Notes: generated from the sequence alone by a model not told the origin. 64,000 nt of DNA from Minisyncoccia bacterium (GCA_049303835.1 JBAQNN010000004.1:2784-66783), one strand, 5' to 3'. Shown: positions 27,236 to 38,060, numbered from the stretch's first letter. Translations and numbers: made by a program.

Positions 27236-27778
27236 TTATTTATTTTCGCCATCATAATATCCTGTTTTCTTCCGTAACTCAAGCAATCCTCTGTTCACCC
27301 TGACAGAAGCGGCATTTGCTGATATGCCTAGAATATCTCCTATTTCTTTTGGAGACAATCCTTCCACAAAATGTAAATAAATCGGATGTCTATATGTTTC
27401 TGTCAATTCATTTATCTTGGTCAAGAGATACCTACCTTCCGCCCGAAACTCGTGAACATCTCTAGTTTTTTCATCTACTATATCATACCCGGGTTCGTCC
27501 CCTTCTTCTCCTTCTCTATACATCATGCCTTCCAGGGAAATGCTCTTCTTTTTGCGGTACCAGTCAATGATAAGACGATGAGACACGGTAAAGAGAAAAG
27601 CTCTTTCGTTTTTTATGTCTTGTAGAGAAGACAAACTTTGCCATAGCCTTAGAAATGTTTCTTGGGTTATATCCAGCGCTTGTTCTCTGTTGGACACCCG
27701 AACCAAACAAAACCGAAAGATAGCATCCGATTCTTTATTGTATATTTTTTCAAATTTGCTTACATTTTCTGTTTCCAT
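27236..27778 (-). CDS. ECF-type RNA polymerase sigma-70 factor
   Basis: Region-2 (ETFLRLWQ) and region-4 HTH (LSPKEIGDILGISANAASVRVNRGL) motifs. Confidence 0.8.
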   Translation of the reverse strand: METENVSKFEKIYNKESDAIFRFCLVRVSNREQALDITQETFLRLWQSLSSLQDIKNERAFLFTVSHRLIIDWYRKKKSISLEGMMYREGEEGDEPGYDIVDEKTRDVHEFRAEGRYLLTKINELTETYRHPIYLHFVEGLSPKEIGDILGISANAASVRVNRGLLELRKKTGYYDGENK

Positions 27779-27971
27779 ATTGGATGACGTATATATAATC
27801 AATTTCTTACAATTCCTTGTCTGGGGGTTAGATATAAAATACAACATAAAAATATTTATGTCCATGTAAGAGAGGAATACCCAAAAACGTCTATCTATGA
27901 AGTGGGTCGTGTGTTTAGAAGTTCTAAACACCCAATATAAATTATAAGCTTAATAACTATAATAAAATATT

Positions 27972-29366
27972 ATGAAAAAAATGAACAGAAAACTAAAACC
28001 GTTTATCGCTAGCTTGTTTATATTAATAGCCGTAGTATTTGCTTCTATCCCATCCGTAGGTTTTGCCAAGAATCAAGAAAAAGAGAAGGATTATCGCGGT
28101 AATTCCGCCTGGAGTAGATTTTTTGACTTCTTCGGGATTCGCGCGAACGCAGCCACCAAGGTAAAAGTAAAAGGACTCGTACCTTCCATCTCCGGCATTA
28201 CCGCTCCTACAGTTCTTGAAGAAGGAGAAATGGGAACATGGACAGTCAAAGCTTCGGATCCTAAAAACACAGCGTTGAGTTATGCTGTTGATTGGGGAGA
28301 TAGTGATTCTAAATCACTTAAGATGATGGATACAAAATCTGCTTTTGTCCAGACGAGCACATTCACCCACGCTTACGCGAAAGAGGGAGAATATAAAATA
28401 AAATTTACCGTAAGTAATGAAAGTGGATTAAAGACTACCTCAACAGTCACCGTACATGTTGAAGAAGACGAAGATTCCGAAGATGGACCAGTCATAAGCA
28501 ACTTGACGGCAAAATCTTTGAAACCTCGTCAAGCTACCATCAGATGGACGACCGATACTCGGGCAACCAGTCTAGTATGGTACGGAACTACCTCTCCACG
28601 AGACACATCAAAACAACCAGAAGTATTCCGTCCAGCCAAGATATGGAATCACAAAATAAACTTATCCCAACTTAAACCGGATACAAAATATTATGTGATT
28701 GTCGGTTCATCCAATAAAGATGGTCTGACTAAATCATCCGAGATATCTTTCACCACCCCAGCGCTTACTGACAATGTGACTCCTGTTATTACCGGATTGG
28801 AGGGTCCTTCCACAATCGGGGTAGGAGAAACTGAGACAGTAACGGTCAAGGCTTATGATCCGAAAAATAGTCCTCTGTCTTATAGAGTAGAATGGGGAGA
28901 TGACTCATTACTCAAGACAGCCCTGTCTGCCGATTCAAAGCCTTTCGTCCAAACCGCTACCTTCAGTCATATGTATGACAATCCAGGAACTTATACCGCA
29001 ACCTTCACTGTACAAAACGAAGCAGGTAAAAACGCTTCTTCTTCTATGAAGATTACCGTGACAGGTGATACTACGAGACCGGTAATAAGTGGTGCCAAAG
29101 CAACTGCGACGGGTACTTCGACCGCTACCATATCGTGGACCACTGATGAGCCTTCTTCTTCAGAAGTACATTATTCTAAGATTACCCCGGTTGACCTAAA
29201 CGCAAACACTACGATTTCTGTCACCAATGAGTCTCTAACGAAAGAACACTCACTTGATCTTACCGGACTTACGGCCAATACCGTCTATTACTTCTTGATA
29301 GAATCTAGTGATGCCGAAGATAATTCGTCTACTTCTGCAGAACTCTCGTTCACGACAAATAGTTAA
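27972..29366 (+). CDS. Secreted protein with alternating PKD-like (WGD) and fibronectin-III-like domains
   Basis: Signal peptide; YAVDWGDSDS and YRVEWGDDS PKD signatures; two ISWTTD FN3-like modules. Confidence 0.6.
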   Translation: MKKMNRKLKPFIASLFILIAVVFASIPSVGFAKNQEKEKDYRGNSAWSRFFDFFGIRANAATKVKVKGLVPSISGITAPTVLEEGEMGTWTVKASDPKNTALSYAVDWGDSDSKSLKMMDTKSAFVQTSTFTHAYAKEGEYKIKFTVSNESGLKTTSTVTVHVEEDEDSEDGPVISNLTAKSLKPRQATIRWTTDTRATSLVWYGTTSPRDTSKQPEVFRPAKIWNHKINLSQLKPDTKYYVIVGSSNKDGLTKSSEISFTTPALTDNVTPVITGLEGPSTIGVGETETVTVKAYDPKNSPLSYRVEWGDDSLLKTALSADSKPFVQTATFSHMYDNPGTYTATFTVQNEAGKNASSSMKITVTGDTTRPVISGAKATATGTSTATISWTTDEPSSSEVHYSKITPVDLNANTTISVTNESLTKEHSLDLTGLTANTVYYFLIESSDAEDNSSTSAELSFTTNS

Positions 29367-29405
29367 AATGACCGACATAAATTAAATCACACGGCCCTTA
29401 CACTA

Positions 29406-29450
29406 TGACAAAAACCGTTCCATTTTGCCCAAGATGGACGGTTTTTGTCA
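29406..29450. terminator. Long (about 16-bp) hairpin between convergent genes, candidate bidirectional terminator
   Basis: GACAAAAACCGTTCCAT-loop-ATGGACGGTTTTTGTC. Confidence 0.5.
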
Positions 29451-31187
29451 TCTTTCCCCTATTTGCTGACGCCACATTGCATAATACAATCCTTTTTTAT
29501 TAATTAAGTCCTGATGCGAACCAGATTCAATAATTCTTCCCTTTTCAAGAACATGGATAGTATCGGCGTGCATAACAGTAGACAATCTGTGTGCAATTAA
29601 TATGGTGATGTGAGAACTTTTTTCAGAAAGGTCTTTTATTGTTTTACTGATTTCTTCTTCGGTTAGAGAATCAAGGGAAGAAGTCGCTTCATCAAAAATC
29701 AAGATATTCGGTTTACGCAAGAGTGCCCGAGCGATGGATAACCGCTGACGTTCTCCGCCGGAAACTTTCACTCCACCCTCACCAATCAAGGTGTCTAACC
29801 CCTTACCTCCCCGAGCAAGTAAATTTTGATTTTGCGCTTTATAAAGAGCATCCAAACATTCTTCGTCGGTGGCGCGCGGTTCTACAAAAAGCAAATTTTC
29901 ACGTATCGTTCCAGCGAAAAGCTGCGTATCTTGAGTTACAAAGCCTATCTGGGTTCTCAGCTCTTCTTTGTTTATTGACTCAAAAGGCACTCCATCATAA
30001 TAAATTTCCCCTTCTGTGGGTAAATAAAGTCCGACCAATAATTTCACTAAAGACGTCTTGCCGGAACCAGAAGGACCGACAAAAGCTACCGTCTCCCCTC
30101 GCGCCACATCATAAGAAATATTTTGTAGAGCATTCTCATTACTGGATTTATATTTAAAAGAAACATTTTTAAACGATAATTTTTCCACGGCTTCCAGGTG
30201 TAGAGAATTTTGAACCATCGCCTCTTTTTCTGTCTGCATTAATTTTTGGAAATTCTCCAAAGAAGCCTGCGCTTCACGATAAGTTCCTATCGTAGTCCCT
30301 ATTTCCTGAAGCGGATTAAAAATAAAAAAGGAATATATAAACAATGAAAAGAATTCTCCAAAAGTAATTGTTTTGTTGAAAATTAAATAAAGCAAAAAGA
30401 AAAGAATGCTCGTACGAATAAAATTAATCACCGTTCCTTGGATGAAGCTCAGACTGCGTAGATAGCGGAGCTTTTTTAGTTCCAAGTTCAATATTTTTTC
30501 AGTAGTGGTGTTGAGCCGGTCCACTTCTTGTCCAGAGAGACCCAAGCTTTTCACCAATTCAATATTGCGTAAGGATTCCGTGGTGGACCCAGCCAAGGCG
30601 GTAGTCTCCGCTACGATTACTGATTGGATATTCTTGATTTTCCTTGAAAGAAACAAGCTCATCCCACCAATTAGCGGAATAGTCGCAAAAAACACCACCG
30701 CTACCACCCAATATATATTGGCCGCATAGATAGCCACGAAGATAAACCCCACCAAAGAAACAAAAAGCACGTTGACTATCGCCACTATCAGTTTCTCGGT
30801 GTCTTGCCGAACTTTTTGCAATTTACCCAAGGTCTCCCCACTTCGTTCATCTTCAAAAGTGCTGTAGGGCAGAGCCAGAGCATGTGCGATACCATCCCGA
30901 TATAAATCCGCTCCGACACGCTGACTAATGCCGTTTAAGTAGTAATCCTGAAAATTTTTGGCTACCCTAGAAACAAAAGCCACACCGATGATGGCAAGCA
31001 GTAGCAGCCCGACTCCATAGAAAAATTGAGAGCTAGTGTATAGATCTGGCTTGGAAGCGTATTCATCAATAACATGTCTAAAAATATAGGGGTCCAACAA
31101 AGAAAAAATCTGATTGATAGATGCCAGAGCAAGAGTCAAAACACAAAGACCCCAATATTTTTTTAAGTAATTAAGAAAAACTCCCAT
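29448..31187 (-). CDS. ABC exporter, fused permease plus ATPase (MsbA-like)
   Basis: 6 TM; Walker A GPSGSGKT; LSGGERQRLSIARA signature. Confidence 0.85.
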   Translation of the reverse strand: MGVFLNYLKKYWGLCVLTLALASINQIFSLLDPYIFRHVIDEYASKPDLYTSSQFFYGVGLLLLAIIGVAFVSRVAKNFQDYYLNGISQRVGADLYRDGIAHALALPYSTFEDERSGETLGKLQKVRQDTEKLIVAIVNVLFVSLVGFIFVAIYAANIYWVVAVVFFATIPLIGGMSLFLSRKIKNIQSVIVAETTALAGSTTESLRNIELVKSLGLSGQEVDRLNTTTEKILNLELKKLRYLRSLSFIQGTVINFIRTSILFFLLYLIFNKTITFGEFFSLFIYSFFIFNPLQEIGTTIGTYREAQASLENFQKLMQTEKEAMVQNSLHLEAVEKLSFKNVSFKYKSSNENALQNISYDVARGETVAFVGPSGSGKTSLVKLLVGLYLPTEGEIYYDGVPFESINKEELRTQIGFVTQDTQLFAGTIRENLLFVEPRATDEECLDALYKAQNQNLLARGGKGLDTLIGEGGVKVSGGERQRLSIARALLRKPNILIFDEATSSLDSLTEEEISKTIKDLSEKSSHITILIAHRLSTVMHADTIHVLEKGRIIESGSHQDLINKKGLYYAMWRQQIGER

Positions 31188-31204
31188 AAATTTTATTTAG
31201 TATT

Positions 31205-32332
31205 TTATCTCCACTCTTTAAGAATTCTAAATTTGAGAGTAACTACAGATCCGAGAGTGATAAACAAGAGTAGCGTCTGCGCGAAACAACCCACAAACGG
31301 GACGAGCCCCAACAGCGTAAACAAGAACACTCCCAAGAGTATGGTCTTCCATGATACTTCAACTTCTCTCTTTGAGAAATAACGATAGACGATGCTTCCT
31401 ACGATGATAGGTGTCAGTATCCATGCGAATATCATCATTATTGCAAAACCAAGCAAACCAATTATCCCAAACGGAATACCCACTAAGGTCATGAGAAGCA
31501 GAATGGATGCAAAAGGAAGGACTATCAATGTCACAAGGCCCTTACCCATTTGACCCCATGGACTATCAGTGACGATACCCGCCAAATCTCTATGAAAACG
31601 ACGAAGCAACAGCCCGATTACAAGAGCGCATGCAAGCAGGGTGAGGAATTTCCACAAGAGAACAGCCGAGAATACAGCAAAAAATATTTTTGGAGAAACA
31701 CCCCTCCTTTCCATCAACTTAAAATCTACGGTACCCAAGACAGTGGCTCCGTCCTCTTTTATTATTTCTTCTTTTGCTTTGTAAGTTAGATTGCCTGATA
31801 TTACCGCATTGCTTCCGAGAGTTATTTTTTCCGCCTCAATTTTTACATCGCCCCCTATCGGCGCATTGATATAGACATTGCCACCAGCAATAAATAAATC
31901 CCCTGCTACCGGTGCGTCTAAGTTGACGACACCTCCGGCTATAGCCATATCTCCTCCTATGCCCAGACCACTAACGGTTACTTGTCCGCCACCCAAAAGT
32001 GCATCACCTTTTACTCCCCCAGCCAAAATAACAGTTCCCCCACCCGCCCGGACATCATCACCGATATTTGAGAGAATATTCACATTTCCACCTCCGACGA
32101 TGAGATCAGCTAGGACGTCTCCACTTACAACGATATTTCCTCCCGCCAAAACGAGGTCTCCATCTACCTCCCCGGCGCTCATGACACTACCACCAAAAGC
32201 ATAGACGTCATCTGTAATTTTTTCACTTTTCCCGATTGAAAGCTGTTCTCCTCCCTTAAATTCCGCAGAAAAAGAAACTATCGGCAAAACCAACATCAAA
32301 ACAAATACTCCATATTTCAAAAAATTCTTCAT
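31205..32332 (-). CDS. Bactofilin-like (polymer-forming beta-helix repeat) protein with C-terminal multi-TM domain
   Basis: Repeated GGNV/GDV motifs of the DUF583/bactofilin type; hydrophobic C-terminal half. Confidence 0.5.
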   Translation of the reverse strand: MKNFLKYGVFVLMLVLPIVSFSAEFKGGEQLSIGKSEKITDDVYAFGGSVMSAGEVDGDLVLAGGNIVVSGDVLADLIVGGGNVNILSNIGDDVRAGGGTVILAGGVKGDALLGGGQVTVSGLGIGGDMAIAGGVVNLDAPVAGDLFIAGGNVYINAPIGGDVKIEAEKITLGSNAVISGNLTYKAKEEIIKEDGATVLGTVDFKLMERRGVSPKIFFAVFSAVLLWKFLTLLACALVIGLLLRRFHRDLAGIVTDSPWGQMGKGLVTLIVLPFASILLLMTLVGIPFGIIGLLGFAIMMIFAWILTPIIVGSIVYRYFSKREVEVSWKTILLGVFLFTLLGLVPFVGCFAQTLLLFITLGSVVTLKFRILKEWR

Positions 32333-32388
32333 AAAATTATTAAAATTAATTTATAATATCCACACTAATCTACTAAACATTATAATTT

Positions 32389-32688
32389 TTATAGGAGAAA
32401 AAGTAAAACCAAAAAACCGACCACAAAACAGGCAAAAATCCCGACTATCCTTACAAAGAAAACCACTCCCTCTTGTTTACGATTGTCCATGTATAAACGG
32501 AAAGGTTCGGATAGAAATATAAATCCCATGACCGCGGCAGACAATACGAAAAGAGAGAGCATCATCATTAAAGGCAAAAGCGACCCACTATCGTCTTTCG
32601 GCAAAAAAGAAGTGGCAATATTCATAATAGAAACTATAAGCACTATATACACTGCCGCCGCTAGGGCATACACGAATGGTTTTTTCAT
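32389..32688 (-). CDS. Small membrane protein
   Basis: 3 TM. Confidence 0.3.
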   Translation of the reverse strand: MKKPFVYALAAAVYIVLIVSIMNIATSFLPKDDSGSLLPLMMMLSLFVLSAAVMGFIFLSEPFRLYMDNRKQEGVVFFVRIVGIFACFVVGFLVLLFLL

Positions 32689-32710
32689 ATATTTATTATA
32701 CTACTAAAAT

Positions 32711-33034
32711 TTATAAGATAGATATCGCCCGTTTTATAGCGACAAATCCGTAAGCCCACAAAAACGGTAGCCATAGAGGCATAACACCCAAAAATGATTG
32801 TCTGGTGAAAGTTTCCACTCCAGTGTTGATAAAAATATATTCAAAGATGGTCATAATAATGAAACCAAGGGCTAAAATGGCACAATCCCCTCTAATATAT
32901 TTAATCAACAATGAAATAGAAATAATTACAATATAAATTATTGTCAGAAAATAATCATTCTCCACCAACGGTATCAATCCAACCATTATAAAAATAGGAA
33001 TCGCATTTTGTATTATCTTTATCACTTTTTGCAT
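32711..33034 (-). CDS. Small membrane protein
   Basis: 3 TM. Confidence 0.3.
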   Translation of the reverse strand: MQKVIKIIQNAIPIFIMVGLIPLVENDYFLTIIYIVIISISLLIKYIRGDCAILALGFIIMTIFEYIFINTGVETFTRQSFLGVMPLWLPFLWAYGFVAIKRAISIL

Positions 33035-33041
33035 AATTTTA

Positions 33042-33824
33042 TTATATCAAATTTTTTTCCAAGATATTTTTCTTGAAATGCTTCAAATAAGCAACCAGAA
33101 TAAAACTGATGATGACCATTAGAAACCAAGAAGTTATCTTGCTCGTAGAAACGACGTCCCAACCATGAACCTGGTTCGGATATTGCCAGGCACCCAAATA
33201 AGTGGAGATGTTCTCAGCAACCCAGATAAAAAAAGCGATAAGCAAAAATGCCAAATTCATCGGCATCCACCTGCGAATATTGGTCACGGTAAAATACACC
33301 CTTGTCTTCCAAAAGAAAACAAAGACAGCCAGAATCAAAAATATCCTAAAATCATAAATATAATGATTGGTAAAAAAGTTTAGGTAAATCAAAAAGCAAA
33401 GCAATACACTCAAACCATAACGAGAATAATTCGTGAGTTCTAGTTTCATTATTTTCCAAGCTTGGCTGATATAGCTCCCGATCGCGGCATACATAAATCC
33501 GCTATAAAGCGGGACCGTGGCAATTTTTAAAATCCCATATTCAGGATAACTCCATGAGCCAATAGCTGGATTAGTTTTATATAGTTCCAAGATAAGTCCG
33601 ATAATATGAAACAAGAAAATTACTTTCACTTCATCTTTAGTTTCCAGTTTGGTGAAATAAAGTATCGCTTGTATTGCCACCGCCGCAAGAAAAAGGAAAT
33701 CATATCGGGCCAGTCCAAAAAGAGGAATATGATTGGAAATAAAAAGAAGTACAAAAAAAGACCCGGCAAATATCGCCGCCCGCGCTTGTTTGACTCCAAA
33801 AACTAAAAATTCTTTCATGACCAC
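33042..33824 (-). CDS. Polytopic membrane protein
   Basis: ~7 TM. Confidence 0.4.
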   Translation of the reverse strand: MVMKEFLVFGVKQARAAIFAGSFFVLLFISNHIPLFGLARYDFLFLAAVAIQAILYFTKLETKDEVKVIFLFHIIGLILELYKTNPAIGSWSYPEYGILKIATVPLYSGFMYAAIGSYISQAWKIMKLELTNYSRYGLSVLLCFLIYLNFFTNHYIYDFRIFLILAVFVFFWKTRVYFTVTNIRRWMPMNLAFLLIAFFIWVAENISTYLGAWQYPNQVHGWDVVSTSKITSWFLMVIISFILVAYLKHFKKNILEKNLI

Positions 33825-33839
33825 AAAAAAACTTCAATC

Positions 33840-34826
33840 CTAATCGCTATTTATAAGAAATTTGAAACTTTTAATCATTTTCTCAACATCATTGAGAACG
33901 ATAGATTTATCAAATTCTACTACTCCTTGCTCTTTGGGATAATTATCAATATTTACAGAATGAATGGCATACTCAATAGCATAACAATCACCATCTACTA
34001 TGCCACGATAACTAGTCGTCTCGTAAAAGTTCCCCGCACCGGCATCATTAAAGGTAAACTTTTTAAAAGGATATCCACCAATATCGGACGTCCCCCCTTC
34101 AGTGTAGATACTCAGTGTCTTTTTCAAACAACTATTTATCGCATCTGAAGTGGTCGATCTCCCGATGGTAAAACGAGCATTTGAGAAATTTGTATTGGGC
34201 ATATATGTTTTAGGGATAATCACACTTGCGAGAAGCAAACCTTCTTGTGTCGCATTTACACTCCAGTCTGTCGTTGGAATTTTAAATCCCGGTATACTTT
34301 TGAAAAACGGATTATAATCAAAAGAAAAGACACCATTGGCATCTAAAAAATTCTCAGTACAATCTTTTGATTTTGTAAAGGTTAGTTTTGGGTCATAAGT
34401 TATATTTGCAATATCAGTAAATGTTTCGGTACTTTCCGCCACTTTTACATCACCAAAGCCTTGAATAAAAGAATCGTCTATCTTTTTAAAGATCACTTGT
34501 CTATCTGAATGCATCCCTTCTGAATCAAAGGAATAATTACCCAAGAGAATACCATCTGCGAAAGTGCCCTCAAAAGATCCCGATGAACTATCTTTCTGAT
34601 AATTATTGTAAGCGAGCATACCAAAGACTGCTCCCTTCTCTGCGGATTGGATGACAAGCGTGTAAATATCTTTTTGTAAGTGTGCGACATAACACCCCAC
34701 GATAGAATCCCCTGTGCCTACCGAAGGAATTTTTTCCACAGCAGTTTCATTCCCCGTGAAATATATAATAATGAGAGCGAGGGTGACGATAAATATTAAA
34801 ATAACTATTTTGTAAATGTTTTTCAT
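33840..34826 (-). CDS. Secreted hypothetical protein
   Basis: Signal anchor; no recognised motif. Confidence 0.4.
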   Translation of the reverse strand: MKNIYKIVILIFIVTLALIIIYFTGNETAVEKIPSVGTGDSIVGCYVAHLQKDIYTLVIQSAEKGAVFGMLAYNNYQKDSSSGSFEGTFADGILLGNYSFDSEGMHSDRQVIFKKIDDSFIQGFGDVKVAESTETFTDIANITYDPKLTFTKSKDCTENFLDANGVFSFDYNPFFKSIPGFKIPTTDWSVNATQEGLLLASVIIPKTYMPNTNFSNARFTIGRSTTSDAINSCLKKTLSIYTEGGTSDIGGYPFKKFTFNDAGAGNFYETTSYRGIVDGDCYAIEYAIHSVNIDNYPKEQGVVEFDKSIVLNDVEKMIKSFKFLINSD

Positions 34827-34932
34827 AACTATATTGTATAGACGTTTTTAAAATAGATCTATTACAAATACTCGTTAGAAACAAGTAAGAATCGCTCTTG
34901 CTTGTTTCTAACACAGTTTATGTGTGTCTTCC

Positions 34933-35325
34933 CTATTCAGCTTTTTTGTATTGAGATAAACCGAGAATGTTTCCCTCGGAATCCTTAAACCAAGCCAGGA
35001 AACCCATCGCACCATTTTCTCCTAGAGGAGTTTTGCCTTTTACGACCATGCCACCATTTTCCACAACTTTATTTAAAGCCAAATCAATGTCCGCAACATC
35101 AACATAAAACATCGGATATGGCATACTAGGATCACGCTTACTAGAACCGCCATTTATAAAGCCTGGCTCGGTCGGTTGCATTTTGGCATCAACCTCTCCA
35201 GTTTGCCAACTGGTATAACCAAATTGCTCCCATTCAAACGGCTTCCAACCAAAAACGTTTTGATAAAAAGCTTTTGCTCGCTCCTTGTCATCCCATGGAA
35301 ATTCAAAATGTGTTACTTTATTCAT
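34933..35325 (-). CDS. VOC/glyoxalase-bleomycin-resistance family protein
   Basis: VOC-like bab-babbb sequence pattern; start taken at MNKVTHFEF. Confidence 0.6.
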   Translation of the reverse strand: MNKVTHFEFPWDDKERAKAFYQNVFGWKPFEWEQFGYTSWQTGEVDAKMQPTEPGFINGGSSKRDPSMPYPMFYVDVADIDLALNKVVENGGMVVKGKTPLGENGAMGFLAWFKDSEGNILGLSQYKKAE

Positions 35326-35465
35326 AAGATAATTATAACACAAAATAAGATAATCTAAAGGCAGGCTGTGATGACTGGTCTAGTACGTGCCAGCTCAAAC
35401 GTCGTAAGAGTATTCTACCACTATCAAGAACTATCCGGCGACCCGTCTAGGTCTACTTGTTTTAC

Positions 35466-35930
35466 TTAATTTTTTCTATCCACATCATATAGACGTCCGT
35501 AGTCTATCTTAAAGGGTTTTAATAATTGAATTTTGGTAAATAATTGATATACAAAAGATCGTGCTTTAGGATCTTTTAGGTAATGCCTAATAGGATCATT
35601 GATTTTACCCAAGCTTTTACCATCTAAAAGTCTAAGGGTTCCATTTATGCGATATTCTAAATCATGTTCGCTTACATCAAAAATAGTTCGGGCTTCCTTA
35701 ATGATTTCTAGTCGATATTTAATCTGTCTGATATATTCTTCTTTAGATTTTTCAAAAAAGTCAAAATGCTTTTTTATATTCTCCAACACATCCGGTAAAA
35801 TACCTTTATTAATTTTCTCAATCTTCAAAACAAGAGGGTAGCACTTTGCACAATATCCTCTTCTGAAAGAATGATCTTCCACCTCACAGTTTAAACATTT
35901 TTTAAATTCATCAGGATATTTCATAAACAA
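35466..35930 (-). CDS. Hypothetical Zn-finger (CxxC...CxxC) protein
   Basis: CLNC...CAKC. Confidence 0.35.
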   Translation of the reverse strand: MFMKYPDEFKKCLNCEVEDHSFRRGYCAKCYPLVLKIEKINKGILPDVLENIKKHFDFFEKSKEEYIRQIKYRLEIIKEARTIFDVSEHDLEYRINGTLRLLDGKSLGKINDPIRHYLKDPKARSFVYQLFTKIQLLKPFKIDYGRLYDVDRKN

Positions 35931-35963
35931 TATTATCTGGGTTAGATTCTTTTAACTACATTA

Positions 35964-36149
35964 TTACACTAAATTTGCCCCGCACTTCTGGCAGAAGTAA
36001 TCTTCTAATGGTTCTAGGGGGTTATTGTTGTCATCAACATTAATTATAATGTTTTCAAGGAAAATGGTTCCAAATTCACCACATTTATCGCATTTAAAAT
36101 AAAGTTTTCTACTAGTATTTAAAGGTGTTATTTCTATTGGTTTAATCAT
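35964..36149 (-). CDS. Small zinc-ribbon protein
   Basis: CDKC...CQKC. Confidence 0.35.
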   Translation of the reverse strand: MIKPIEITPLNTSRKLYFKCDKCGEFGTIFLENIIINVDDNNNPLEPLEDYFCQKCGANLV

Positions 36150-36542
36150 ATTTTGATTATATCATTTCTATTCCTTAACCCTAACCCGTTTAGGTCGGGT
36201 TTCTAATTAAGAAGATGGCCAACCATCGGACATAAACCGAGAGTTTTTGCAGTAGTTTTGCGACAAGTTTGGTTGCCTTGATAGAGATATAATATCTATA
36301 TATTACAGCCTTAAATATAGCTTGAATCATTAAGTATGATATTTTAGTTGTGTAAAAACTATCACATAACCATCGACCACAAAAAAATAAAATATTCTTT
36401 ATAATTAACGTTTTTACTTACTTTTGTACCAAAAAATATGTTTTATAAAAAGCACGCTTTTATATCCTTTATTTATAAAGCTTAAAACATAAACATAAAA
36501 AGTGTTTTACAAAACTCTCTATTATTTTGCTATACTTTCAAC

Positions 36543-37202
36543 ATGTCTTTAGATAGAAAGAAAGAAAAATTTATCCCTATGTATTCAATCCCCTTAAAGG
36601 AGGGTACATATTTAAAGATAAGGCCTTCTGCCAATGCTTGGTGGAAAGATCAGACTAAGACACAAAGACTTATGGCTCTTTTCTATGTAGGCGTATCAGC
36701 AGCAGAAGCTCGCAGGAATATCGGTATTAGTAAAAGAAAATATGATTATTTTATAAAAATACATCCAGAGGTTCCCGAAATACAGAAGCAGTATAAAGAT
36801 GAAATTTTTATACTTGCCACTAAGACAGTAAGAAACAGGGCATTAAGTGATCCTGCATGGGCATTAAAGTATTGGGTTAAAAAAGAACCTGAAGAATTTC
36901 GTCCTCCTCGTTTACTTAAAGAAATAAAACTAATGAAGATAGAGTTAAAAAAAGACCAAGAGGAATATCGAGATGAGGTAAGAATTTTAAAGAGAATAAT
37001 TGGAGCTTATAGAGAAGCTATCGATTATAAAAAAGGAAAATATAATGTAAATTATTTAAAGAAAATTGATAAAATGATAATTTATTACAATAGACAAAAT
37101 CGAGGAGCGAGAATAGAAAGGTTTAAAGAATTAGAGGCTTTGGAAATAAAGAGACAGAAACCAAATTCAGAGCAAAGTGGATTCCCAGGTTTTAATAATT
37201 AA
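36543..37202 (+). CDS. Basic HTH-containing protein (phage terminase-small-subunit/transposase-HTH-like), tentative
   Basis: VGVSAAEARRNIGISKRKY HTH-like segment; highly basic. Confidence 0.3.
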   Translation: MSLDRKKEKFIPMYSIPLKEGTYLKIRPSANAWWKDQTKTQRLMALFYVGVSAAEARRNIGISKRKYDYFIKIHPEVPEIQKQYKDEIFILATKTVRNRALSDPAWALKYWVKKEPEEFRPPRLLKEIKLMKIELKKDQEEYRDEVRILKRIIGAYREAIDYKKGKYNVNYLKKIDKMIIYYNRQNRGARIERFKELEALEIKRQKPNSEQSGFPGFNN

Positions 37203-37229
37203 TCTTATAACTAAGCACTAATTAATATC

Positions 37230-37610
37230 CTACTCAGTGGGAAATACACCAACATAAGAATTGCCGAAATCATCTTTACAAGACACTTTCCAATCGTAGA
37301 AGTCGTCGGAATGAATAACGTGTTTCTCTGTCGCACTTTTCGCTGATGTTGTTTCTATATACGGAATTACCCCACTACCACCATTATAATTCCAAGTACA
37401 AATCGATGAGTTTCCACTCGGAATTGATAACGAATAACCGTCTTCGCCATCGTAGAATGTCCCTACTTGTATGCTTGTTGCTTTAATTTCTGTATTTGCT
37501 TTTACATCTATCGTTGGGTCGCGAACATCACTATTTTTACTAAACCAATATATACCCCCTGCGATTATCATTATCGCGATGATTCCATTTTTTAATTGCT
37601 TGTTTTCCAT
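37230..37610 (-). CDS. Small secreted protein
   Basis: Signal anchor. Confidence 0.35.
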   Translation of the reverse strand: MENKQLKNGIIAIMIIAGGIYWFSKNSDVRDPTIDVKANTEIKATSIQVGTFYDGEDGYSLSIPSGNSSICTWNYNGGSGVIPYIETTSAKSATEKHVIHSDDFYDWKVSCKDDFGNSYVGVFPTE

Positions 37611-38060
37611 AATTATTTATTGCTTACTTTCTTTTTATTAAATCGTTGGATTAATAATGTAATTGCTAAAGCAATAAAAACCATCGGTACATTTACAAAA
37701 CTAGGAAACAAAATTGCTAGAGCTGCTCCGATCCCAAAAACTATTAATAGTTGCTTATTTTCTGGTTTCATTTCTTATTTTCTTTTGCGCTTAGTAATAA
37801 GCTACCCGAGATAAGACGCAAAAAGCCCATCACGGGTAGTAGCTTGCGCCACTCATATAGGTTTCCCTATACGGCCAGTAACGACGACCCCATGACGGGT
37901 TCTTTATGCGTTACTGGACTTGTGACCATACCCTAAACGAATTTAGGGGTTAGGTCGCCTTATTAACTTGTAATGAGATTATACCTCCTTTTGGAAGGCT
38001 TGTGTAGCTTAGCTTCCTTTCAAACTAATGCGTAGTGGAGTTATCCACACTTATAATATT

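Noticed and set aside
31878-32204. + strand 108-aa Pro-rich ORF
   Set aside because: Antisense to the GGxV repeat region of the bactofilin-like gene.
35345-35465. 120-nt intergenic segment considered as a possible ncRNA
   Set aside because: No recognisable conserved RNA motif or convincing stem architecture by eye, so left unannotated.
36170-36215. CCCTAACCC telomere-like motif
   Set aside because: Single occurrence with no tandem array, so coincidental.
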